Source: a bacterium (GTDB lineage: Bacteria; Elusimicrobiota; Elusimicrobia; UBA1565; UBA9628). Taken from it: a stretch of DNA of 64,000 bases. The stretch covers positions 13,472 to 77,471 of the forward strand of contig JAJZAK010000007.1 in assembly GCA_021799485.1 (NCBI GenBank). The letters run 5' to 3'. The position numbers and the translations under genes were made by a program. Numbering within the stretch: position 1 is the stretch's first letter; each line of letters begins with the position of its first letter. Below the pieces are notes generated by a model. It was not told where the DNA came from, did not search any database, and worked only from the letters and a program-made list of their open reading frames with translations. Positions 40,071-49,368 of the stretch are shown here, one piece after another.

Positions 40071-42827
40071 ATGTGGGAGCGGCCGTGGGCGCTTTGGGCC
40101 TTGCCGCTGGCCATCGTGCCGGTCCTCATTCATTGGCTCTCGCGGAGGAGCTTGAGGCGCGTTCCTTTTGGCGACCTCTATCTGGTACGGCAAGCCTTGT
40201 CGCGGGCGAGGCGAGCCTCGCGATGGCGGGACGCGGCGCTGCTGGCGTCTCGAATCGCGGTCTTTCTCGCCCTTCTCTTAAGTTGCGCCGCCCCCGTCGC
40301 GAGGGCGCCTGGCGGCGCAAGGCGAGGGAGCAAGCCTTCCGAGTCCTTGAGTCTTCTCGTCTGGCTTGACTCCTCTTACTCCATGCGCTGCCAAGAGTCG
40401 GGAGAGTCGCGCTTTAAGCTCGCGAAAAGGGCCGGCCGCGAGGCTCTGGCAACCCTTCGTCCGGGAGACCGCGTCGCTTTCGCCTCCTTTTCCGATCGCG
40501 TCGACGCCCCTGCGTCGGGTTTTCGCTGGATGGGCCGCGAAGAGGCGGCGGCCGCGCTCGCCTCGGCCCGGCCGGGCTTTTCGGGAACCGATTTCGCCGC
40601 GCCCCTCGCAGCCGGGGATGTCTTCCTCTCCTCCGCCCCGGGCCGCCGCGTCGAGCTTTTCCTCACGGATGGAGCGGCGCATGGCTTCCGCGGCAAGCCC
40701 GTGCCGCTTGGATCGGGAATCTTGCGGCTGGGACTTCAATGGCCCGAAAAGCCGAATGCCTACCTCGCGCGCGCCGTCGCGCAAGTCTCGCCGGGAGCTC
40801 CCGGCATCAGGCTTCGCCTCGAAGCCCGAGGCCTCGATCGGCCCCGGAATGTCAAAATATGGCTGGGAGGGCGCCCGGTCGGACGCGCCAGGGTCGCGCC
40901 GGGGTCTTCCTGGACCGAGGTAACCTTGCCGGAGGAGCCGTCGGGACTGTATTCCGGTCGCGTCGTCCTGGCTCCCGACGATCTCGTGGTCGATGACGAG
41001 CGCTGGTTCTCCTTCAAAGTCTCACCCCGCCCCCGTGTTCTTTGCCTCTATCGCGACGCGAGCTTCCTCAGGGCCCCGGCAGGCGGTTATTTCCTCAAAA
41101 GGCTTTGCGGCGCCGCCGAGGGCCCGCTGATCGGCTACGATTGCGACTTTCTCGACATCGCGAGCATCGAGAAGGCCTCCCTCCCCGATTATCGGGCGGT
41201 CCTTTTGGCGGACTGGTCCGTCCTGCCGGCGCAGGACTCCGAACGATTGGCTAGATTCGCCTTAGCGGGCGGCGGCGTGTGGATATTTCCAAGCCATGAG
41301 AGCGGCTCGGAGCCGGACCTGGGCAGGCTGGGAGAGCTCGCGGGCGCCCAACTTGGCCCCCTCGTCGCGGCCGAAGCCCGTGGCGTCGCGGCGGCGCCCG
41401 GCTTTCTTTTTGGGGAGTCCGGCTCTTTCGAGCTATCCCGCGTCTTCTTCTCGGCCTATCGGCTGATGACGGTGAAGCCCGGCGCGCGGGTTCTCCTTCG
41501 CTCCGCCTCGGGATATCCGCTCGAGTGCGTGGGCAAGGCGGGCGCGGGCGCCGTCGCCGTCTCGGCTTTTGGCCTGGGTTCCCGATGGGGCAATCTGGCG
41601 CTCAAGCCCTTTTTCGCGCCTTGGATCGAGCGCAGCTTGAAACTCATGGCGCCCGGGCCTCCGCGCCTTCAAGCCTTGGGCGGACCGGTGGGACGCCCCC
41701 TGGAGATCTCCTGGGAACGACGCGTCGCGGCTCCCCTGGCGGCTTTGGTGACGGACCCCCAAGGAAGAGCGCTTAAGATTTGGGCGCGGGACCGCCGGGC
41801 GAACTTCGACGGGACTCATCGCCCCGGGCTCTACCGCGTCGAGGATGTTCCCGGAGGCCATGACAGGCTTTACGCCGTCAACCTCGATCCCGCAAGCGGC
41901 GAAAGCGATCTCAAGCCGGAGCCCTCCCCGCCCTGGAAGACGCTTTCCCCGGAAAGTTTCCAACGCGACTTCGACCAGGCCGTCCGCGGACGTCCCCTCT
42001 CGGGAGTGCTTTTGGCTCTTGCGGCCCTGGCTCTGGGGCTCGAGATGCTTTTATCGCTCCCGCGCCGGGCTCTTCCCGCGAAGCCGTTCCTGGCGCTCCT
42101 TCTCGCGGCTCTCACGGCTTTCCCGCATCCCGCCGTGGCCCAGGAGGACGGCCGTTTCACGCTGACCCAATGGCGCCTCGGGGATTCCTGGGATCCTTAC
42201 CCGGAGGTTCCAGGCCTCATCCTGCGCGACCTGGACTTGACGACGAGCGTTCTAACCTCCCCCGTTCGTCGCGTGATCACCTTGGAGGACTCGGGCTTTT
42301 TCTTCTCACCGCTCATCCTCCTCGCGGGCAAGGACGCGCCGCCTTCCCTCGGCAAGAAAGACTTGGCCAAGCTTCGGGATTTTCTCGATGCCGGGGGGAT
42401 GCTCTGGATCGAGGATGTTTCGGGGCTTCCCGAAAGCCCCTTCGACCGCTGGGTCCGCATGACGCTGGCGAGCCTCCGGCCGGGAGATTCCCTGGCTCCC
42501 ATCCCCCTCTCGAACGCCGTCTTCAAAAGCTTCTATCTTTTGCGGCGGCCCGCGGGCCGGGCGCTTGTCGAGCCGGAGATCTGGGGGCTCGCGCGCGGAC
42601 GACGTTGGTCCGTCGTCTATTCCCGCAATGATATCCTCGGCGCCTGGGCCGTCGATCCTCTGGGAAAGCCCCTCTACCTTTGCGCTCCCGGCGGCGAGCA
42701 GCAGCGGCTTGAAGCGAGGCGTCTGGCCATTAACATCATTCTCTACGCCCTGACTGGAAACTACAAATCCGACGCGGTCCATCAGCCCTATCTGATGCGC
42801 AAGATGCGCGAAGGGACGCTGCCGTGA
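40071..42827 (+). CDS. Large membrane protein: BatA-type N-terminal double-TM domain plus vWA-like domain plus C-terminal DUF4159-like domain
   Basis: The N-terminus WALPLAIVPVLIHWLSRRSLRRVPF resembles the aerotolerance-regulator N-terminal domain. It has a vWA-like start LLVWLDSSYSM. A TM segment lies near residue 690. The C-terminal region (FFFSPLILLAGKD..LRDFLDAGGMLWIED..VVYSRNDILGAW..INIILYALTGNYK) resembles DUF4159. The start was set at ATG 40071, 1 nt after the DUF58 stop. Confidence 0.7.
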   Translation: MWERPWALWALPLAIVPVLIHWLSRRSLRRVPFGDLYLVRQALSRARRASRWRDAALLASRIAVFLALLLSCAAPVARAPGGARRGSKPSESLSLLVWLDSSYSMRCQESGESRFKLAKRAGREALATLRPGDRVAFASFSDRVDAPASGFRWMGREEAAAALASARPGFSGTDFAAPLAAGDVFLSSAPGRRVELFLTDGAAHGFRGKPVPLGSGILRLGLQWPEKPNAYLARAVAQVSPGAPGIRLRLEARGLDRPRNVKIWLGGRPVGRARVAPGSSWTEVTLPEEPSGLYSGRVVLAPDDLVVDDERWFSFKVSPRPRVLCLYRDASFLRAPAGGYFLKRLCGAAEGPLIGYDCDFLDIASIEKASLPDYRAVLLADWSVLPAQDSERLARFALAGGGVWIFPSHESGSEPDLGRLGELAGAQLGPLVAAEARGVAAAPGFLFGESGSFELSRVFFSAYRLMTVKPGARVLLRSASGYPLECVGKAGAGAVAVSAFGLGSRWGNLALKPFFAPWIERSLKLMAPGPPRLQALGGPVGRPLEISWERRVAAPLAALVTDPQGRALKIWARDRRANFDGTHRPGLYRVEDVPGGHDRLYAVNLDPASGESDLKPEPSPPWKTLSPESFQRDFDQAVRGRPLSGVLLALAALALGLEMLLSLPRRALPAKPFLALLLAALTAFPHPAVAQEDGRFTLTQWRLGDSWDPYPEVPGLILRDLDLTTSVLTSPVRRVITLEDSGFFFSPLILLAGKDAPPSLGKKDLAKLRDFLDAGGMLWIEDVSGLPESPFDRWVRMTLASLRPGDSLAPIPLSNAVFKSFYLLRRPAGRALVEPEIWGLARGRRWSVVYSRNDILGAWAVDPLGKPLYLCAPGGEQQRLEARRLAINIILYALTGNYKSDAVHQPYLMRKMREGTLP

Positions 42828-45019
42828 CGCCCTGGTCCATCGCGTGGGAAGGAGGCCGCCTGGGCCTCGCCGCCGCGGCGGCGCTTCTGGCGGGGTTTTG
42901 GTGGCACGCCCGCCGAACGCCTCTCTCGGGGCCGTCGCTGGCCCTCAGGGGACTCGCGGTCCTGCTCGTCGCCGCGGCGCTTCTGCGGCCGGCCGTCCTC
43001 GTCAAGCGGGCGGCATGGGACAAGCCCGAAATCGCCGTTCTCATCGACAGAAGCCGCTCGATGGGCGGCGCCGCGGGAGCATCGTCCGGCGATCTGGCGG
43101 CGGTCTTGCGTTGGCTGGCCTCTCATCGCCGGGAGATGGAGGAGGCGGCGCGGGTGCGATTCTTCGCGCTTGCGGGCTCGGGCAGGCGGCTCGATGGCTT
43201 TGAGGCCGTAAAGGGCCTGCGAACCTCCGACGAGGATTTCCGACCCGCGGAGGCCTTCTCCGAGATCGCGGACGGCATGAAGGGCGCCTCGAGGGCGTGG
43301 CTCTTCTCCAATGGAAACGCCGCGAGTTCGGACCGTCTCAGCGCCGCCATCCGCTCTTTCGGGATCCCGATCGACGCCTTCGCGCCCGGAGTCGCCGTCT
43401 CCCGCGAGGAGATCCGCGTCGCCGACATCCGGCTCCCCGATTTCGCCTTTCTCCACCATGTCTTCGACGTCCGCCCCGAGATCGAGGCGCGGGGCCTTCA
43501 GGGCTCCCGCCTTCGCCTGCGCTTGTCGCGGCTCACTCCCGAAGGCCGCTGGCGATCCGAGGCGGAATCGGCGATCGAGGTCCCCTCCGCGGACGCGGTC
43601 CTTTCCGCCACGTTCACGCTCCATGCCTCCCTTCTGGGCCGGTCTCTCTACCGCCTGGAGGTTCTCCGCGGCGGGGGCGTCGCCGCCGCGCGCCGCTTCG
43701 GCATCGACGTCGTCCGGCACAAATACCGGATTATGTACCTTTGCGGACGTCCCGGCTACGGTTATTCCTTCCTGCGCCGTTTTCTCAACGCGGACCCGAA
43801 CCGGGAGCTCGTGAGCTTCGTGATCCTTCGCAATCCCCAAAACCCGGTCGTCGTCCCGGATCGCGATCTCTCTCTCATTCCCTTCCCCGCCCAGGACATC
43901 TTCGTGCGCGACCTGCCTCAATTCGATCTCTTCATCCTTGAGAACTTCTCGTTTTCGCGATTCCGCCTGCCCGCGGCCTACGCCGAGTCCCTGAGGTCCT
44001 TCGTCGCGGAAGGCGGCGCGCTCACGGTGATCGGCGGGGAAAACGCCGCGTCTCCCAATGGCTGGCGGGGAACGGCCATCGAGGAGCTTCTTCCGGTGAC
44101 GATCGCCGAAGGGGCCGCCGTCAGGACGTTTAAGGCCCTGCCCAACGGCCTTCGCCACCCTCTCACGGCGCTCTATGACGGGGACGATCTGTCTCGGGAG
44201 GGGTGGTCGAGCTTGCCCGATCTCGTGGGAGCGCCGCTCTTCGCGGGACTTAAGCCCGGCGCGCAGCTCGTCGCCTCGGCGCGGATCGCCGAGAGCGCCG
44301 GCGCCGAGCCCCGCCCGCTCATCGCCATCCGCGATTACGGGCGGGGGCGCGTGATGGCCGTCGCGACGGACTCTCTGTGGCGCTGGAAGCTGGGCCTGGC
44401 GCGAGATCGCCGCTTCTCCGATTTCTACGATCGGTTCTGGAACCGGGCGGTCGAATACTTGACCGGAAGCCTCGCCGTTTCCCGGGTGCGCCTTGAATCG
44501 GTGGGCGAATTTCCGCCGCGCCTGGAGCCCGTGCGCTTGACCCTTCGCGTTTTTAATTCGGCCTTTGCTCCCGCCGCCTCGGCCGAGGCCCGAGTCTTAT
44601 GGCGGCTTCCGGGAGGAAGCGCGAGGGAGCTGTTTCCCCGCGAGGAGGGGCCCGGCGTTTTTTCCATCGACTTGACGGGGATTCCCGAGGGCGTGAACGT
44701 CGTCGAGGCCACCGCGCGGGCGGACGGCCGTCCGGCGGGCTCGGACCGGCTCGAATGGCGCTGGGAACCAGGCCTCGCGGGGGCCGAGAGGGCGGTCAAT
44801 GAGGCTTGGCTCAGGGGGCTCGCCGCGCAGACCGGGGGGCGCTATAAGCCCTTGGCTCTCGCGGACGCCTCGGAGCTTCTCAAGGCTCTCCCGCCGCCCG
44901 TGCCGAGCGCGCGGGTCTCGGAAATTCTGAGGCCGGCTTCGGGGCCTCCCTGGCTTGCTTTAACGGGCTTTTTGCTGGCCGCGGAGTGGTATTGGCGGCG
45001 CAGGAAGGGTCAGGCGTGA
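42824..45019 (+). CDS. Membrane protein with vWA-like start and class-I glutamine-amidotransferase-like (DUF1355-type) domain, Bat-operon member
   Basis: It has two N-terminal TM segments, IAVLIDRSRSMGG, and YRIMYLCGRPGYGYSFLRRFLNADPNRELVSFVIL..FDLFILENFS..GGALTVIGGENA, with a C-terminal TM. It has a GTGA overlap with the previous gene. Confidence 0.6.
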   Translation: MTPWSIAWEGGRLGLAAAAALLAGFWWHARRTPLSGPSLALRGLAVLLVAAALLRPAVLVKRAAWDKPEIAVLIDRSRSMGGAAGASSGDLAAVLRWLASHRREMEEAARVRFFALAGSGRRLDGFEAVKGLRTSDEDFRPAEAFSEIADGMKGASRAWLFSNGNAASSDRLSAAIRSFGIPIDAFAPGVAVSREEIRVADIRLPDFAFLHHVFDVRPEIEARGLQGSRLRLRLSRLTPEGRWRSEAESAIEVPSADAVLSATFTLHASLLGRSLYRLEVLRGGGVAAARRFGIDVVRHKYRIMYLCGRPGYGYSFLRRFLNADPNRELVSFVILRNPQNPVVVPDRDLSLIPFPAQDIFVRDLPQFDLFILENFSFSRFRLPAAYAESLRSFVAEGGALTVIGGENAASPNGWRGTAIEELLPVTIAEGAAVRTFKALPNGLRHPLTALYDGDDLSREGWSSLPDLVGAPLFAGLKPGAQLVASARIAESAGAEPRPLIAIRDYGRGRVMAVATDSLWRWKLGLARDRRFSDFYDRFWNRAVEYLTGSLAVSRVRLESVGEFPPRLEPVRLTLRVFNSAFAPAASAEARVLWRLPGGSARELFPREEGPGVFSIDLTGIPEGVNVVEATARADGRPAGSDRLEWRWEPGLAGAERAVNEAWLRGLAAQTGGRYKPLALADASELLKALPPPVPSARVSEILRPASGPPWLALTGFLLAAEWYWRRRKGQA

Positions 45020-45156
45020 GGCTTTCCGGGACGATCAGAGTCCCTCGTCGAGGTCGGCATGGAGAGCCGCCGGGTTTTGGCGAATGTCCCAATAAGTCAA
45101 AAATTCAATGTATGACACCCGAGTCAAATCGCCGCCGCGTATACTAAAATTTCTCC

Positions 45157-47418
45157 GTGCGCCTCCCCTCCCGCCGCCTGCTCGCGGCCGCGCTCTTCCT
45201 GGGTTTCTGGTTCTACTATCAGGCGGGAGCGGGGCCGGGCCTCGTTGCCTACAGGGATTCAGGGGAGATGGTTGTCAGCGCTTGGACGCTCGGCGTCTCC
45301 CACCCCACGGGCTATCCCCTCTATATCCTGCTCGGAAGGCTCTTTGAAGCGGCCGTTCCGTTGGGAAATCCGGCTTATCGCCTAAGCCTGCTCTCCTCCT
45401 TGCCGATGGCCGCGGGCGTGGCTCTTTTTTTCTCCGCGGCGATGGAACTGCTCGGCGCGCTTCCCGCCTTCGGCGCCGCGGCGCTTCTGGGCCTGAGCAG
45501 CCAGGCGCTGACGCTCGCGCGCGTCCAGGAGATGTACGCCCTGGGTTTCCTGGGCGCCGCCGGACTCATGATCTTCGCCCTGCGGCTTCACCGCGCGCGC
45601 GGCGTCCCCGTCGAAAAGGAATGGCTCGGCTTCTGTTTCCTTTACGGTCTCTTCCTCGCCAATCGCCTTGATCTGCTCCTGCTCGCCCCGGGCCTCTTGG
45701 TCTGCGCTCTGGGATTGCGGCGGAAGTCGTGGTTGTCGCCGTGGTTCGGGCTTGCGTTCCTGGCCTTTCCGGCCGCGATGTTTTACACAGGCTCGAACTA
45801 TTGGGAACCGCTCCTCGTCGCGCTGACCGCATGGCTCGCATCGAGGTCGTCCGGCCGGATCGGCTGGCTTCTTAAGAGCGGGGCCTTCGCCTTGCTGGGG
45901 TTAAGCGTCTATCTGTATCTTCCCATCAGGTCCGCGGGGCATCCATGGCTCGACTGGAACCATCCCGCCCAATGGTCCCATTTCATCCAGGTCCTCCTGC
46001 GCTCCAAATACGGCGGCACTCTCGACTTGATATCGAGGAATTACAAGCCCGGGGAGCTCCTGGGCGCCAATCTCCTTCTCTACGGACGGCATCTGTGGCG
46101 CGACCTCACGCCGGCGGGGGCGGCCTTGAGCCTGGCCGGGCTTTGGAGGCAGTCGCGGCGCGATCCGGAGCTCGCCGCGGGGCTGGGCGCGGTCTTTTGG
46201 TGGGCCGGCCCCGTCTTTCTCCTGTTGAGCAACATGCCCCCCAACCCGCACGCGGCGGCCATCGTCGAACCCTATTATCTCATCCCCGACATGGCGCTGG
46301 CTTTTTGGGCGGCCGAAGGCCTGGCGTGGCTCGCGGCCCGCCCTCCAGGCCGTGGCCTCGCGGCGGCCCTGGCGGCCTTTTTTCTGTTGGGGCCCTTCGT
46401 CTCCGGGCGCACGGCCGAATATGACCACCGCGACGACTTTTTCGACGAGGATTACGCCCGCAACGTCCTGGCGTCCTTGCCGAAAGGGGGCGTCCTCGTT
46501 GCCAAAAAAGACGTCCAGCTCTATTCCCTATGGTACCGGACGATCGCTCTTCGGCGGCGGAGCGACGCGACCGTCGTCGCCCAGGGCTTATCCGGCGCGC
46601 CGTGGTATCAAGAACAGATGAGGCGCGAGAAGCCCCGGCTCGTCCTGCGCTCTCTTAAATCGCCCGAGGACTGGCGGCTCTTCGCCCTGGCCAACGCTCC
46701 CGCCTATGCCGCGATGGACGCGGAAATTCCGGCGGCCGCCGCGGCCCAAGGTTCGATGAGAGGACTGCTCATCGATCTAGGATCGCCCATCGGCTCCTGG
46801 GAGGCGCTCAAGCTTTGGAGGCTTTTCGTTTTCCGCGGCCGGTACGCCTACGAGGAACGGCCTGATTTCTTCAGTTCGGACCTCGTCAACGACGACGCGC
46901 AGGCGCTTTACCGCACGGCGACCGCCCTGACGGGAAGGCCGCCCCTGCCGACCTCCGTCGCGGCCTTGGCGCGGCGTCTTGCGATGGGTTGCTGGGCGCT
47001 TCATTGGCTCATGCCGGATCCCCCCGCCTTCCTGGGATATTTGGCGGCCTTGCAGGGCCGATACAAGGAGGCCCTGGGCTACGAGAAGCTCGCGGAGAGC
47101 CTCGCCGCCGCCATGCTGGGCCTGACGCGGGAGTACCATTCCCTCCCCGACGCCGTCTCGAGCGTGAGACGCAGTCTGGCCGAGGCGCGCCTGCAGAAGG
47201 GAATCATGCTGGCGAAGCTCGGCCGCCCCGAGGAGGCCAAAGCGGCCTACGAGGCCTCTCTTGAAGCCTATCCGCTCGGCAAGGCTCACTACAACCTGGC
47301 CGTCTATTATTGGGACAGGGATCGCGTCCGCGCCGCGCAGGAGCTCGATGAAGCGGTGAGGCTCGATCCCTCGGACGCCCAGTCGCGCCGCTATCTCGAA
47401 GCTCTCCGGCGCCGCTAA
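45157..47418 (+). CDS. DUF2723 (GT-C-like, TMEM260-type) polytopic membrane protein with C-terminal TPR repeats
   Basis: YRDSGEMVVSAWTLGVSHPTGYPLYILLGRLF is the characteristic DUF2723 N-terminal block. It has ~10 hydrophobic segments and a C-terminal TPR-like region (AKAAYEASLEAYPLGKAHYNLAVYYWD). It starts with GTG. Confidence 0.75.
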   Translation: MRLPSRRLLAAALFLGFWFYYQAGAGPGLVAYRDSGEMVVSAWTLGVSHPTGYPLYILLGRLFEAAVPLGNPAYRLSLLSSLPMAAGVALFFSAAMELLGALPAFGAAALLGLSSQALTLARVQEMYALGFLGAAGLMIFALRLHRARGVPVEKEWLGFCFLYGLFLANRLDLLLLAPGLLVCALGLRRKSWLSPWFGLAFLAFPAAMFYTGSNYWEPLLVALTAWLASRSSGRIGWLLKSGAFALLGLSVYLYLPIRSAGHPWLDWNHPAQWSHFIQVLLRSKYGGTLDLISRNYKPGELLGANLLLYGRHLWRDLTPAGAALSLAGLWRQSRRDPELAAGLGAVFWWAGPVFLLLSNMPPNPHAAAIVEPYYLIPDMALAFWAAEGLAWLAARPPGRGLAAALAAFFLLGPFVSGRTAEYDHRDDFFDEDYARNVLASLPKGGVLVAKKDVQLYSLWYRTIALRRRSDATVVAQGLSGAPWYQEQMRREKPRLVLRSLKSPEDWRLFALANAPAYAAMDAEIPAAAAAQGSMRGLLIDLGSPIGSWEALKLWRLFVFRGRYAYEERPDFFSSDLVNDDAQALYRTATALTGRPPLPTSVAALARRLAMGCWALHWLMPDPPAFLGYLAALQGRYKEALGYEKLAESLAAAMLGLTREYHSLPDAVSSVRRSLAEARLQKGIMLAKLGRPEEAKAAYEASLEAYPLGKAHYNLAVYYWDRDRVRAAQELDEAVRLDPSDAQSRRYLEALRRR

Positions 47419-47422
47419 TCGT

Positions 47423-48799
47423 TCAAAGGGGGCCCAGCCTCGGGTAGAGCGTGTAGCGGAACTGGATGAGGCCAAGGACGTCGTAGCCGCCGTTGAAGTG
47501 CAGGTAGCCGAGGTTGAAGTCGAGCTTGAGGAAGTATCCGGCCTTGAGGTCGATGAGCCAAGGATCGAGGAGGGCGCCGTTGAACTTGATAGCCTCGACC
47601 CCCAGTTGATGCTCGGGTTTCGGGGTGAAGAAGATGTTCGCGAAAGGCATCGTGTTGCTTTTAACCTCCGCGCCGCCGGGGATCCCTTCAAACGCGAGAT
47701 TCTGGGGGTTCAGGAATTCCGAGAACTGCGACACGGCATCCCCGAAATCGCCTTCCATGAGGCCGAGGCTGGAACGGACGGGGCCGATTTTCTTGCTGAC
47801 GACGCCGTAGTAGTCGGTGAGAAACTGGCTATTGGGGTTGGCGTTGACGCTGAAGCTGGTGCCGGCGGTCGATCCGGCCTGCGGCTGGGGCGTTTGCCGC
47901 AGGAGAGCCGTCGCCTGCACGCCGAAGGAGGTCGCGGGCGTGTAGCGCTCTTCCTTGGCGACCTGCATCTTCCCATCCGCCGTGAGCAGCCAGACTCCCA
48001 CTTGGTCGAGGTAGTTCGTGTGGGGGGTGACGTTGGAAAAAGAGTTTCTGCCGTAGAGCCGCCCGATCAGATACACCGCGTTGATGTCGAGGCTAAGGCC
48101 CGGGTCCGTGTAATAGCCGGTGCCACGCCAAGCGGTCGGGGTCAGGATGAGGCCCGAGACGTCCAGAGGCTTTCTGGGACCGCCCGCGAGGGTTCCCATC
48201 GAGGCGGCGGGCAGCGCCCCTTGCGGAGAGAGACGGTAGATCAATAGGACCTCGGAATTAGAAGAAACAAGCCCGAAGAAATCCTTGGGAACGCGCTCGT
48301 TTGGCATCTCGAAGAGCCTGGGCGTGACGGCGGCGAACTGCTTGGTGCCCATGAGGGCATCGACGTCGTAGAGAATGTCCGATTTCGTGTAGAGAATTCC
48401 TTTTTCCCCCCGCACGAGCTCCCGCCAGGCGGGATTGTCGACAACCCGGCCTTGGATGCTGAGAACCACCTTCCCGAGGACCCACGGGCCTTCTTCTAGG
48501 GGTATTTCCTTCGCGTTGCCGATGAGGGTCGCGATCGAGACGGGGGCCGAGGAAGCCTCCGGCGCCTTGACCGGGGCCGCGGCCGGCGGTAGCGGAGCCT
48601 GGGGGCGGGAGCCCGGCGCGCCTGGCGCCGTCGGACGGTGAAAGCCTCCCGACGGGAAGGACTGGGCGGAGGTCTTCAGCGCCATGAAAGACAACAAAAG
48701 GGCACAGAGGACTGCGGCGGGCCAGAGAGGACAAGGGATGCCGACAACCTTCCTTCGCCCTCCGCGGCCTTTCGTTGCGCGCGGGCCGGTCGGCGTCAT
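47423..48799 (-). CDS. Hypothetical outer-membrane protein (POTRA-like N-terminal module plus putative beta-barrel)
   Basis: It has a signal-like segment (AAVLCALLLSFMALKTSAQS) and a Pro/Ala linker. The POTRA-like stretch is VVLSIQGRVVDN..ILYTKSDILYDVDALMGTKQF. The rest has alternating aromatic/Gly-rich C-terminal strands (GYFLKLDFNLGYLHFNGGYDVLGLIQFRY). The start was set at ATG 48799, adjacent to the pgsA stop. The function is inferred only. Confidence 0.5.
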   Translation of the reverse strand: MTPTGPRATKGRGGRRKVVGIPCPLWPAAVLCALLLSFMALKTSAQSFPSGGFHRPTAPGAPGSRPQAPLPPAAAPVKAPEASSAPVSIATLIGNAKEIPLEEGPWVLGKVVLSIQGRVVDNPAWRELVRGEKGILYTKSDILYDVDALMGTKQFAAVTPRLFEMPNERVPKDFFGLVSSNSEVLLIYRLSPQGALPAASMGTLAGGPRKPLDVSGLILTPTAWRGTGYYTDPGLSLDINAVYLIGRLYGRNSFSNVTPHTNYLDQVGVWLLTADGKMQVAKEERYTPATSFGVQATALLRQTPQPQAGSTAGTSFSVNANPNSQFLTDYYGVVSKKIGPVRSSLGLMEGDFGDAVSQFSEFLNPQNLAFEGIPGGAEVKSNTMPFANIFFTPKPEHQLGVEAIKFNGALLDPWLIDLKAGYFLKLDFNLGYLHFNGGYDVLGLIQFRYTLYPRLGPL

Positions 48800-49368
48800 T
48801 CCCAGGATTTTTCCAGCCAGTGCCTCGATTCTCGAAAATAAAGATAGCCGGAATACCACGCGCTCGACGCCGCAACGAGAGTCAGCGCGTATGGCAGGGC
48901 CTGAAGCCAGGTCGGCGCCGAGCGCGCGCTCTCGGCGATGATGAGAATCAAGAGGATGGCGAGGACGCAGACGCTCTGAATCGCCATGGCCTGCTTTCCC
49001 CAAGTCTGGGCCGCGATGATGCGTCCTTGTTGGGCGCTCGCCAAGATCCGAAGGCCGGCGACCAAAAACTCGCGCATGAGGATCAATACGACGCCCCAGA
49101 GCGGTATATGCAGCGTTCGGTGCTTGGCGAGGGCGATGAGAGTCCCCAGGACAAGGAGCTTGTCCGCGATAGGGTCCGCCACTTTGCCGAAGGGGCTTTC
49201 GCGGCGGAGATGCCTCGCGAGGTAGCCGTCGGCGGCGTCCGTCAGAATGGCGAGGAGAAAGAAGGAAAGGGCTATTTCATGCCAACCGAGTCCGGGGTTT
49301 AACAGGGACCAGACGACGACGAGGGCCAGGACGATGCGGCCGACGGTGAGTTGGTTGGCGACGTTCAC
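48796..49368 (-). CDS. pgsA: CDP-diacylglycerol--glycerol-3-phosphate 3-phosphatidyltransferase
   Basis: The CDP-alcohol phosphatidyltransferase motif is DAADGYLARHLRRESPFGKVADPIADKL (D-x2-DG-x2-AR..G-x3-D-x3-D). It has NQLTVGRI at the N-terminus. It has a GTGA overlap with the upstream gene. Confidence 0.85.
   Translation of the reverse strand: MNVANQLTVGRIVLALVVVWSLLNPGLGWHEIALSFFLLAILTDAADGYLARHLRRESPFGKVADPIADKLLVLGTLIALAKHRTLHIPLWGVVLILMREFLVAGLRILASAQQGRIIAAQTWGKQAMAIQSVCVLAILLILIIAESARSAPTWLQALPYALTLVAASSAWYSGYLYFRESRHWLEKSWE

Noticed and set aside
42788-44158. 456-aa minus-strand ORF
   Set aside because: It is antisense to the Bat-operon vWA/GATase-like gene. Its composition is Arg/Gly/Glu-rich and it lacks motifs. 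The plus-strand gene is supported by the GTGA coupling and its domain blocks.
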